Of a stretch of 64,000 nt of DNA, positions 38,617 to 46,811 are shown one piece after another. The notes beneath the pieces were generated by a model that worked only from the letters and a program-made list of their open reading frames with translations, searched no databases and was not told the DNA's origin. The translations under genes and the position numbers were made by a program. The first letter of the stretch is position 1, and the number at the start of each line of letters is the position of its first letter. The stretch lies in the sequence record PQ330092.1; one strand, 5' to 3'.

Positions 38617-38617
38617 T

Positions 38618-39022
38618 ATGAATATACGTTCAGTACGAATATTTTCATTTGTTGATATGAATAAAAAACACTCTTATGTGTTTGAAAATGTCAATAAGTT
38701 AAATCCTCATACGGCAAAAATGATTGAAACCATGAAGAACTTGAGTTTACATATAGAAGTTTACTATCTTCATGACGATTCTGTTTATGTATATGATGAT
38801 GGATGGTATGACGGTGTGTTTTATGATGACATTAGCACTACTGCTGATTACTACTTTCTAGTGAGTAATCCACTATTCAGTACTAAAACTTTGTTTGACA
38901 TTACCGATACAAGCGTGTATGATACAAGTCATGTTGAGTTACTTAAGTTTGATCCAGTATTATTCAACAAAGAGACGGCGTATTGGATGACTGATTTCTT
39001 TTCAAATATTCCAGTAAAATAG
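38618..39022 (+). CDS. hypothetical protein
   Basis: GGAG RBS; internal ATG. Confidence 0.7.
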   Translation: MNIRSVRIFSFVDMNKKHSYVFENVNKLNPHTAKMIETMKNLSLHIEVYYLHDDSVYVYDDGWYDGVFYDDISTTADYYFLVSNPLFSTKTLFDITDTSVYDTSHVELLKFDPVLFNKETAYWMTDFFSNIPVK

Positions 39023-39024
39023 TT

Positions 39025-39052
39025 TGGACATTTTAAATCTTAGTGATATAAT
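39025..39052 (+). promoter_or_regulatory. sigma70-type promoter
   Basis: TGGACA ... TGaTATAAT. Confidence 0.65.
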
Positions 39053-39086
39053 ACTCACAACAACGAAATAATAGAGGAAATTAATA

Positions 39087-39782
39087 ATGGTTGAACAATT
39101 CATGTTTGGTGGTTATGCTAATGGCGAAGTACGTAACATTTCTATTCCTTACGTAGTTGAGAAAGTTAATGGTTCAGAACGTACATATGATCTAGCATCT
39201 CGTATGATGCAAGACCGTATCATTTTCCTTGATACTGATTTCAATGATCAAATGGCACATATCATCAAACAACAATTGGTATGGTTAGACTCACAAGGTG
39301 ATTCCCCTATTACATTCTACATTAGTTCACCGGGTGGTTCAGTACACGCAGGTTTGGGTATTGCAGACGTTGCTAAGTCTTGTATTTCCCCAATTCGCAC
39401 TGTAGTTATGGGTTATGCAGCATCAATGGGTTGCTATACACAATCTGTTATTGGGACTAAAGGTTTCCGTTTAGGTGGTAAACGCTCATACTTCATGTGT
39501 CACCAAGTAAGTTCTGGTACACAAGGTCTAATTACAGACCAGAAGATTTCCCTACAACATTCTGATGCACTGAATACATTGTTGACCAAAGAAATTGCAG
39601 AAGCTGTAGGTGTATCACATGAACAATTACTAAAAGATGCTGACCGCGATTTGTGGTTAAATGCAGAAGAAGCACTTGAATATGGTGAACATGGTTTCAT
39701 TGATGGCATTATTCTTGGACCACGTAACGAAGAAGGCAAGTACTTAGTTAAGCGTCGCGGCGGTGTAGAAGAGTGGGTGTAA
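39087..39782 (+). CDS. clpP: ATP-dependent Clp protease proteolytic subunit
   Basis: DLASRMMQDRIIFL, YISSPGGSV, catalytic AASMG (Ser), CHQ (His), DRDLWL (Asp). Confidence 0.9.
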   Translation: MVEQFMFGGYANGEVRNISIPYVVEKVNGSERTYDLASRMMQDRIIFLDTDFNDQMAHIIKQQLVWLDSQGDSPITFYISSPGGSVHAGLGIADVAKSCISPIRTVVMGYAASMGCYTQSVIGTKGFRLGGKRSYFMCHQVSSGTQGLITDQKISLQHSDALNTLLTKEIAEAVGVSHEQLLKDADRDLWLNAEEALEYGEHGFIDGIILGPRNEEGKYLVKRRGGVEEWV

Positions 39783-39830
39783 GATAGATTGTGATGCCTC
39801 AATATGGGGCATCATCTTTGTGGAGATTAT

Positions 39831-40121
39831 ATGAAAGTACTAGTACGTAATAATACGGAAGTAGCAAATGTATTAGAAGATTCCGATTTTATTAATGTTG
39901 CGTTCGATCAAATTAGTGCAGTAGCACTTGAATTAAAAAATGTAGATGAATCTGAGCGTGTGCTGAATGGTTTTGCAATTGTACTTGAATTAATGAAGGA
40001 AGTACTANNNNNNNNNNNNNNNNNNNNNGTTGATGCGGTTCAACATGCAGAAGCTGTGCGTAAAGAACACGGTACATTCTCTGACAAAAAATACATTCAA
40101 ACTGATGAGGTAAAAGAATAA
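39831..40121 (+). CDS. hypothetical protein (contains N gap)
   Basis: GGAG RBS before ATG 39831. Confidence 0.65.
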   Translation: MKVLVRNNTEVANVLEDSDFINVAFDQISAVALELKNVDESERVLNGFAIVLELMKEVLXXXXXXXVDAVQHAEAVRKEHGTFSDKKYIQTDEVKE

Positions 40122-40122
40122 T

Positions 40123-40569
40123 ATGTCCAATGCACAATATAAAGATGGTTATGACGCATACAAAGCAAAAGTAGTTCTAAGTGCTGAACAGCTAAAAATG
40201 CAGCATCCATTATATCGTCAGGGCTATCGTGCAGCACAAGCAGAAGCAATGAAGAAAAATAATGTAACTTTCCCTACTACACTATATGATATTCCAAAAC
40301 GTCCACACATTTTTAAAGCTGAATGGACTGATATTATGGCAGCGACAAAGCGTCCACGCTTTGCTAAATTACACACCGATGAAGGTCGCTGGTTGCTAAT
40401 GGGGATTATGAAAGCAGTTGAGAATCAATCTCATAAGATTGTTCGTTATAAAGATGTTGTTNNNNNNNNNNNNNNNNNNNNNNNCCTTGTACTTCAATAT
40501 GGTTATGATGAAGGTGTTCTAACTGTTTCTGATTGTGAAAAATATCAGTACACCCCATATCAAAAATAA
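40123..40569 (+). CDS. hypothetical protein (contains N gap)
   Basis: Packed ORF, followed by terminator. Confidence 0.65.
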   Translation: MSNAQYKDGYDAYKAKVVLSAEQLKMQHPLYRQGYRAAQAEAMKKNNVTFPTTLYDIPKRPHIFKAEWTDIMAATKRPRFAKLHTDEGRWLLMGIMKAVENQSHKIVRYKDVVXXXXXXXXLVLQYGYDEGVLTVSDCEKYQYTPYQK

Positions 40570-40579
40570 TATTGTGAAA

Positions 40580-40608
40580 AGGAATCCTATCATTGGATTC
40601 CTATTTTT
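40580..40608 (+). terminator. intrinsic terminator
   Basis: GGAATCC / GGATTCC plus T tract. Confidence 0.7.
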
Positions 40609-40689
40609 ATTGCTGTATATCAATTTTCCATTGATCATATTTTGATCTATATGAGCTAAATACCCAAGGAATCATTGTTACTAGGGTAG

Positions 40690-41244
40690 GTGAATATGCA
40701 GCAATATAATTTAACTGAAGAACAAAGTGATATTTTTTACCATCATNNNNNNNNNNNNNNNNNNNNNNNTTTAAAAATTAATTCTGAAGCAATTGATATA
40801 TTGAAGAAATGGTATAGTTGTTATAATAAAAACAAAAAGTGGTATTGGTTTAATAGAAATATAAAATCATTTCTAAAAACAATCACACACACTGATAGTA
40901 TTGAGTTAATACATAGTTCTATTGGATATAGTTACTTAACTAAACACAACAGTACTATGATGTTATCAGGGTTTAAAGTTGAAAGAATTTCCAAGTTAAC
41001 AGGTTTGTCATTAGAAACAATTCTATATGATATTGAGAAAATTTGGAAAACTATAGAATTAATGCATAAAAATATGTCATTCATATATAGAAATNNNNNN
41101 NNNNNNNNNNNNNNNAGACAATATCATAATAAACCGTATGTATTGGATGAAAAGTACTATAATCATATGGAAGTTTGTTCTAAACTCGTTGATGATTGGA
41201 ATCTAGAGGGACATAATGAAATACACACACCTAAGTATAGATGA
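40690..41244 (+). CDS. hypothetical protein (contains N gaps)
   Basis: Long ORF across short gaps. Confidence 0.6.
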   Translation: MNMQQYNLTEEQSDIFYHHXXXXXXXXLKINSEAIDILKKWYSCYNKNKKWYWFNRNIKSFLKTITHTDSIELIHSSIGYSYLTKHNSTMMLSGFKVERISKLTGLSLETILYDIEKIWKTIELMHKNMSFIYRNXXXXXXXRQYHNKPYVLDEKYYNHMEVCSKLVDDWNLEGHNEIHTPKYR

Positions 41245-41740
41245 TACTAATATCTGGTTAGATAACATAATCAAGACATTAGAATTAATTAAACTTACAT
41301 TACAAAAAACTACTGATATTGAAATTAAAATTAAACAAGAAATATTAAACTATTATCATAGAAACAAATATAGCACGTTTATCTCTAAATTAATTTATGG
41401 ATTATATGATATTGAAGATATTTGCATCGGTTACAGTACTGGTATTTGCTTCACAGTTAATGGTTTAAAAAATGATTTAAATTTCAGACTTTCCGATGAA
41501 GAGCAAGATTTTCGTAGATTTTGTGATAATATTATGGATACAGATAAAATTACATTTGTTATTGAATTAAATCAAACGTGGTCTACATATGCAGATAAAC
41601 CATTTGAAATTAATGAAACAGATGTGTTAAACTATATTCGAGTTATGAAAATTCATGATTTGTGTAAAAACGCATTGTTAAGTATTGGAGCTTATAATGA
41701 AACATACGACTTGGTTGAAGATAGCAGAAGTAGTTGCTGA
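41216..41740 (+). CDS. hypothetical protein
   Basis: GAGGG RBS, 174 aa. Confidence 0.65.
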   Translation: MKYTHLSIDDTNIWLDNIIKTLELIKLTLQKTTDIEIKIKQEILNYYHRNKYSTFISKLIYGLYDIEDICIGYSTGICFTVNGLKNDLNFRLSDEEQDFRRFCDNIMDTDKITFVIELNQTWSTYADKPFEINETDVLNYIRVMKIHDLCKNALLSIGAYNETYDLVEDSRSSC

Positions 41741-42176
41741 GGAAAGTAAATGTATTTCACAANNNNNNNNNNNNNNNNNNNNNNNNNNNNNNNNNNNNNN
41801 NNNNNNNNNNNNNNNNNNNNNNNNNNNNNNNNNNNNNNNNNNNNNNNNNNNNNNNNNNNNNNNNNNNNNNNNNNNNNNNNNNNNNNNNNNNNNNNNNNNN
41901 NNNNNNNNNNNNNNNNNNNNNNNNNNNNNNNNNNNNNNNNNNNNNNNNNNNNNNNNNNNNNNNNNNNNNNNNNNNNNNNNNNNNNNNNNNNNNNNNNNNN
42001 NNNNNNNNNNNNNNNNNNNNNNNNNNNNNNNNNNNNNNNNNNNNNNNNNNNNNNNNNNNNNNNNNNNNNNNNNNNNNNNNNNNNNNNNNNNNNNNNNNNN
42101 NNNNNNNNNNNNNNNNNNNNNNNNNNNNNNNNNAATTATTGTTAATTGCATTTATGATAAGGGTCTTGATAAATGA
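41697..42176 (+). CDS. cd: dCMP deaminase (mostly in N gap)
   Basis: N-terminus MKHTTWLKIAEVVAEESKC resembles T4 dCMP deaminase start; catalytic motifs hidden by gap. Confidence 0.55.
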   Translation: MKHTTWLKIAEVVAEESKCISQXXXXXXXXXXXXXXXXXXXXXXXXXXXXXXXXXXXXXXXXXXXXXXXXXXXXXXXXXXXXXXXXXXXXXXXXXXXXXXXXXXXXXXXXXXXXXXXXXXXXXXXXXXXXXXXXXXXXXXXXXXXXIIVNCIYDKGLDK

Positions 42177-42430
42177 CAGTAATAATTATTATTGCTTTTC
42201 TAATAACAGTGTTTTTCATTTTTATGTTATATATAGTTGCTATGGATGAACCTAATACTTCTTTTCGAAATTATGAAGTTCGTTTTTCTGCACAAAATAA
42301 TAAGTACTATATTGTAAACTGTATACACCGTAGTGAGAAAAGGGTAACAAGTAGATTTGGANNNNNNNNNNNNNNNNNNNNNNNAGTAGAAGCTGATATG
42401 ATTTGTCAGAAGCTTAATACTGTAGAATAA
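42173..42430 (+). CDS. membrane-anchored hypothetical protein
   Basis: N-terminal TM helix; ATGA overlap. Confidence 0.65.
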   Translation: MTVIIIIAFLITVFFIFMLYIVAMDEPNTSFRNYEVRFSAQNNKYYIVNCIHRSEKRVTSRFGXXXXXXXXVEADMICQKLNTVE

Positions 42431-42456
42431 AAAAGGAGCCGTATGGCTCCTTTTTT
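42429..42456. terminator. bidirectional terminator
   Basis: AAAAAAGGAGCC-gtat-GGCTCCTTTTTT between convergent genes. Confidence 0.85.
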
Positions 42457-42457
42457 G

Positions 42458-42835
42458 TTAACCAGGGAGGTTACAATAATACAAATCCCAAGGGTGATAT
42501 TTCATCGCACCAGTACTCAATTTAATTTTATGAAACTGGAATGATTCGGCAAATGCACTATCGTCAATCTTAATACAAAAAGTGTTTTTGGCTAGAGTTG
42601 GTGCAATTTCCAATGCTGTTTTAGATGCATCTAATCTAATTTTATCTTTATCATAACTAGTGATAGTTACAAAACGATAAACATTAAAATCAGTATCAAT
42701 GAGATCGTAAACACAACTAGAACGTTGATTAAAGATGTTCAAGTTATATTTCAATTCACCGTTTATATTAGCTGCGGTTACACAAAACCCGCCGATATTG
42801 AATGGTAGTTTACCTTGTGCTGCGATAGCTTTCAT
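42458..42835 (-). CDS. hypothetical protein, sole minus-strand gene
   Basis: AAGGA RBS on minus strand; ends at bidirectional terminator; no + ORF here. Confidence 0.75.
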   Translation of the reverse strand: MKAIAAQGKLPFNIGGFCVTAANINGELKYNLNIFNQRSSCVYDLIDTDFNVYRFVTITSYDKDKIRLDASKTALEIAPTLAKNTFCIKIDDSAFAESFQFHKIKLSTGAMKYHPWDLYYCNLPG

Positions 42836-42905
42836 ATTTTATTTCCTTTTTTAAATATAAGTATGAAATATATTTGTTTTTTACATCAGATGCACCATGA
42901 ACTAG

Positions 42906-42934
42906 TTGACAAAACATCAGTGGTATGATATGAT
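42906..42934 (+). promoter_or_regulatory. sigma70-type promoter
   Basis: TTGACA-17 bp-TATGAT with TG extension. Confidence 0.7.
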
Positions 42935-42996
42935 CTGTTATAAACTGTACACCTTAAGTTTTATTTTTAAAAATTTGAGTTAAGTACAGAAAAAGT

Positions 42997-43025
42997 TTGA
43001 CTTAAGTGTTTAAGTACTATATTAT
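42997..43025 (+). promoter_or_regulatory. second sigma70-type promoter
   Basis: TTGACT-17 bp-TATTAT. Confidence 0.5.
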
Positions 43026-43060
43026 TTATATCTTCCTAAACAAAATTGAGGACTTGTTAT

Positions 43061-43669
43061 ATGAAAAGACTATGGCTTGAAGTGATACAAGCAGCGATGT
43101 TTCTATTGTTAATAAATTTTCCAGCCAGTGCTGGTATTGAAAGTAAAAATGTGATAAAGTATAATCCTGAAACCCGAAATGTATATTTCATATCAGATAT
43201 TACAGATGGGTCACTCAAGAGAATGATAGAGTTGTATGATAAAGAACACTATGATACCATCACAATTACATCTCCTGGTGGTGATTTTGATGCAGGTATT
43301 CGAATGGCAAACTTTGTTAGAGACAATGGGATAAATTTAATTGTTTCTAGGTATTGCAATTCAGCATGTACTGTGGTATTCTTTAGTGTATCTCCCGAAA
43401 AGCGATATATGACAAATCGCTCAGTACTGGGTCTTCATAACATTTCGATTAAAAGTAATGTTACTGATGGTGATAATTCATTTGTGTCTGTAAGACAGCT
43501 ATCAACTTTTACCGAAGAAATGGCAACAAAGGTAGGTTTCCTTTTTTCACTATATGCAGCAAATGGAATCCCACCAGAAGTTCTATTTAGAGTTAGTCGT
43601 TCTCGTGGTGAAGATGTTGTAATATTAACAAAACCAGAACTGGTTTTTTACGGTTCAGTCAAACAATAA
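43061..43669 (+). CDS. exported ClpP/crotonase-fold protein (COG3904-like)
   Basis: Signal-peptide-like N-terminus ending ASA; ITITSPGGDF..G, CNSACT, LGLH. Confidence 0.65.
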   Translation: MKRLWLEVIQAAMFLLLINFPASAGIESKNVIKYNPETRNVYFISDITDGSLKRMIELYDKEHYDTITITSPGGDFDAGIRMANFVRDNGINLIVSRYCNSACTVVFFSVSPEKRYMTNRSVLGLHNISIKSNVTDGDNSFVSVRQLSTFTEEMATKVGFLFSLYAANGIPPEVLFRVSRSRGEDVVILTKPELVFYGSVKQ

Positions 43670-43739
43670 AAATAATTAAAATAACAGGATGATTATGATG
43701 TACTTCCTTTGTTATTAATTATATTGAGATTATATAACT

Positions 43740-44000
43740 ATGACAAACATCCAAAACTTGACATCTATTATTTTTTATGCTACTGTAGTAATGTATGCTA
43801 CAGTTATTTTTCTAACAGTTTTCATTTACAAAGATTATCGTAATGGCTTTATTGATCCAACTACAATGAAGTTCAATTCAAAATTCGAAGCAATAATTTA
43901 TTATGTACTATCAACTTCATACTTGGTGTGCCTAATGTTGTTAGGAGCACTAATTTATATCTTATACACAACATTATTTGCAATTGGAGCTATTTTATGA
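43740..44000 (+). CDS. membrane protein
   Basis: Two TM-like helices. Confidence 0.7.
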   Translation: MTNIQNLTSIIFYATVVMYATVIFLTVFIYKDYRNGFIDPTTMKFNSKFEAIIYYVLSTSYLVCLMLLGALIYILYTTLFAIGAIL

Positions 44001-44590
44001 CCTGTATTATTGCACACACTGACGGAGTAAGTTCTTTTATTGCTGGGGATAAGTTAGGAAGCAATGGATTTACAAAAACTGTTCAAACTGAGCCAAAGGT
44101 ATTCGAGAAAGAATTTATCAAGTTACATGATGATGGACTAACTAGAACTAAAGAAGTAATGGCATTGGGTTATACTACATCATTTCGTATGGGTCAGTTG
44201 TTAAATTATAACCTTAATTTACCTGAACAAGATGCTAGTCAAACATTTTCACAATATTTGGTTCTTAAAGTTATTCCAATTATTCGTCAAATGTTTAAAG
44301 AAGAATGGGGTGCACGAGATGCATCACAAGATGTAGGTGGTGGACAATTTATCATTCTCCACAATCATACAATCNNNNNNNNNNNNNNNNNNNNNNNNNN
44401 NNNNNNNNNNNNNNNNNNNNNNNNNNNNNNNNNNNNNNNNNNNNNNNNNNNNNNNNNNNNNNNNNNNNNNNNNNNNNNNNNNNNNNNNNNNNNNNNNNNN
44501 NNNNNNNNNNNNNNNNNNNNNNNNNNNNNNNNNNNNNNNNNNNNNNNNNNNNNNNNCGTAAGCGAAGAGTTTGATGTTTTAAAATATTAA
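43997..44590 (+). CDS. HslV-like Ntn-hydrolase peptidase (contains N gap)
   Basis: MTCIIA..AGDKLGS, PKVF, GYTTSFRMGQLL; Thr at position 2. Confidence 0.6.
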   Translation: MTCIIAHTDGVSSFIAGDKLGSNGFTKTVQTEPKVFEKEFIKLHDDGLTRTKEVMALGYTTSFRMGQLLNYNLNLPEQDASQTFSQYLVLKVIPIIRQMFKEEWGARDASQDVGGGQFIILHNHTIXXXXXXXXXXXXXXXXXXXXXXXXXXXXXXXXXXXXXXXXXXXXXXXXXXXXXXXXXXXXXVSEEFDVLKY

Positions 44591-44617
44591 AAGTACTAAT
44601 ATTATAAGAGAGAATAG

Positions 44618-44812
44618 ATGATGGCATACACAATTTATGAATGGGTTTTGAGTTTTTTTATAGTTTTTTCTATTGTTGTAATTTATAACAATGCTAAATG
44701 CTTATATAGGGACTTGAAATCCAATGGTTATCACAAAGATAATAATTTTATGTATGCCTATCATATTGGAATCATTCTGTTATTATCAATATATTTAATT
44801 GTTTTTTTATAA
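44618..44812 (+). CDS. small membrane protein
   Basis: Two hydrophobic helices. Confidence 0.65.
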   Translation: MMAYTIYEWVLSFFIVFSIVVIYNNAKCLYRDLKSNGYHKDNNFMYAYHIGIILLLSIYLIVFL

Positions 44813-44815
44813 GGA

Positions 44816-45574
44816 TTGAATATGATATCAGAAAAATTTATAAGCAATGAAGGTAAAAAGCGATTACTGATTATATCAGGTGCAGGACTTTCTGTTGAAA
44901 GTGGTATGGAACCTTTTCGATTTGATGATGGTTTGTGGGATACATTTAAAATTAATGATGTATGTAACATTGCTAGTTTAACTACGAAATATCACGTTGT
45001 TCATTCCTTCTATAATACATTACGTGTAAAATTGGGACAATGCGAACCCAATGCAATGCATTATTTTATAAAATCGTTAGAAGATCAATATGGTGATTGC
45101 TTCCTTCATATGACTTCTAACATGGACGATCTTTATACTCGTATTGGTGGTCATGAGCTTAAACTTCATGGAAACTTGTGCGAAGTTATTGAAAATTATA
45201 GTATCAATTCCGATGATTATAATGTTATTAACTGCGGATACGAACCATACATACCAAAACATGATGTTTTTGCTAAACCAAATGTAGTAATGATTGGAGA
45301 ATATCATCGTTATGTTGATGGTATTCGCTTACCAATTTACGAAGAACGAAATAATGTGTTGAAATCTCTTAATGAAAATGATACAGTTATTGTAATTGGT
45401 AGTAGCGATACAGTACTGGTATGGTCGAGATTAGCAGCAGCATTACCATGTTATAGTGTTAATGTTAACATTCGTAAAAATGATAATGATTTTTTGTTTA
45501 ATGAAAAAGTTATCAAGCCAGCAACCAAAGCAATACCTCAACTAGAGACTATAATTAAGGAACGTATGAAATGA
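44816..45574 (+). CDS. Sir2 family NAD-dependent deacylase
   Basis: SGAGLSVESG..PFR..DGLW, TSNMDDL, LHGNL, KPNVV, IGSS, VN. Confidence 0.85.
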   Translation: MNMISEKFISNEGKKRLLIISGAGLSVESGMEPFRFDDGLWDTFKINDVCNIASLTTKYHVVHSFYNTLRVKLGQCEPNAMHYFIKSLEDQYGDCFLHMTSNMDDLYTRIGGHELKLHGNLCEVIENYSINSDDYNVINCGYEPYIPKHDVFAKPNVVMIGEYHRYVDGIRLPIYEERNNVLKSLNENDTVIVIGSSDTVLVWSRLAAALPCYSVNVNIRKNDNDFLFNEKVIKPATKAIPQLETIIKERMK

Positions 45575-46122
45575 GTGTTAAAGAAGTTCCCTTTGGTGAA
45601 TATGGCACACGTGCAAATTTTGTATTTTGTTATTTCTTTGCAAGAAAATGCAACCCTTACAAAAACTATGAGTTGAATGATATACCAGAAGTAAATCTGG
45701 TATTACTGCAATTACGATGGGATGGTCTTCTTGGTGGATGTGGTGGAACCGTAGAAAGTACTGATATCTCACTAGAAGATGCGTTGCGTCGTGAAGTTCA
45801 AGAAGAAATGGATTACAATATTTTTGTTTCCCATCTTCGACCACTCAAAACTTTTGAAATTTACCCAGGTGCAAACAGTCATAGTTTTAGCTATGAAGTG
45901 AGCTATGACGAGTTGAAACACATTAGAGATGGATACACTAATGCTAAACATGCAAGTGCAGAAGTGGCTGGTGTAAATTTATGTCATATTTCTCGTTATT
46001 CTAAGGGACAAAATCGAGAAGCGGGATATAATAATCTTATGACACAGAACTTCATCGGTACAGCAAAACAAGAATTGGAGTATCTGGTTCAAAAAGAAAA
46101 CTTACTAATTAGTTATCTATAG
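45571..46122 (+). CDS. Nudix hydrolase, NUDT16-like
   Basis: LQLRWDG..GGTVE..SLEDALRREVQEE Nudix box; EVAGV and NFIGTAKQEL recall NUDT16. Confidence 0.75.
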   Translation: MSVKEVPFGEYGTRANFVFCYFFARKCNPYKNYELNDIPEVNLVLLQLRWDGLLGGCGGTVESTDISLEDALRREVQEEMDYNIFVSHLRPLKTFEIYPGANSHSFSYEVSYDELKHIRDGYTNAKHASAEVAGVNLCHISRYSKGQNREAGYNNLMTQNFIGTAKQELEYLVQKENLLISYL

Positions 46123-46131
46123 GAGTTTAAC

Positions 46132-46452
46132 ATGTCTTACTCAATGTTTTTGGATGATATTCGTGATGCAAATCTATATTATCCAAACCAAGATATGGTG
46201 GTATGTCGTGACTTTAAAAGTGCATGTGAATATGTTATTGAAAATGGAATTCCAGCATTTGTATCATTCGACCATGACTTGGGTGATGTGAGCGAAGACG
46301 AAAAGACTGGATATTCTTTTGCTAAGTTTCTTATTGATTATATGTTTGATAATAATATTAAAGAACCGTTTGAGTACTTTGTTCACAGTAGTAATCCTGT
46401 TGGTAAAATTAATATTGAAACATACTTAAACAATGGATTTAACGCATTATGA
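46132..46452 (+). CDS. cyclic-phosphate processing receiver domain protein (cREC)
   Basis: FLDDIR, FVSFDHDLGD, TGY..AKFL, HSSNPVG. Confidence 0.75.
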   Translation: MSYSMFLDDIRDANLYYPNQDMVVCRDFKSACEYVIENGIPAFVSFDHDLGDVSEDEKTGYSFAKFLIDYMFDNNIKEPFEYFVHSSNPVGKINIETYLNNGFNAL

Positions 46453-46751
46453 TTCAAACACACATCAAAAGTCTTATTTGTACTGTTCTGTTAGGTGCAG
46501 GAGTTCTTTGGTTCGGACAGTATCACGAGAACACTAAGCGTACCAACATTCACTACAATACCGCAGAAGTTGTTAGTTTAGGACAATGTAGCGAGTCCAA
46601 ATGTTCATTTATGTATAAAACCCAAAATGGTGAAGTACGTAATGGACTATCAAGAGAACCAGTTTCAATTGGTCAACTTGTTTACCAGGAGTGCTGGGAA
46701 GAAAAGGTTCGAGGTTCACGTTGCTATGTTGAATACGAACCAAATATGTAA
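46449..46751 (+). CDS. membrane-anchored exported protein
   Basis: N-terminal TM helix; 4 Cys in ectodomain. Confidence 0.7.
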   Translation: MIQTHIKSLICTVLLGAGVLWFGQYHENTKRTNIHYNTAEVVSLGQCSESKCSFMYKTQNGEVRNGLSREPVSIGQLVYQECWEEKVRGSRCYVEYEPNM

Positions 46752-46811
46752 TAATCCGAGTCAATAACATTAGTCGAGTACAAGGATGTACTCATAACTC
46801 AAGGATGTTTT

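Noticed and set aside
41685-44633. ORFs made mostly of X spanning N gaps (41678-42151, 41734-42249, 41750-42145, 44305-44574, 44337-44561, 44352-44633)
   Set aside because: Artefacts of assembly gaps; only the frames with recognisable flanks were kept.
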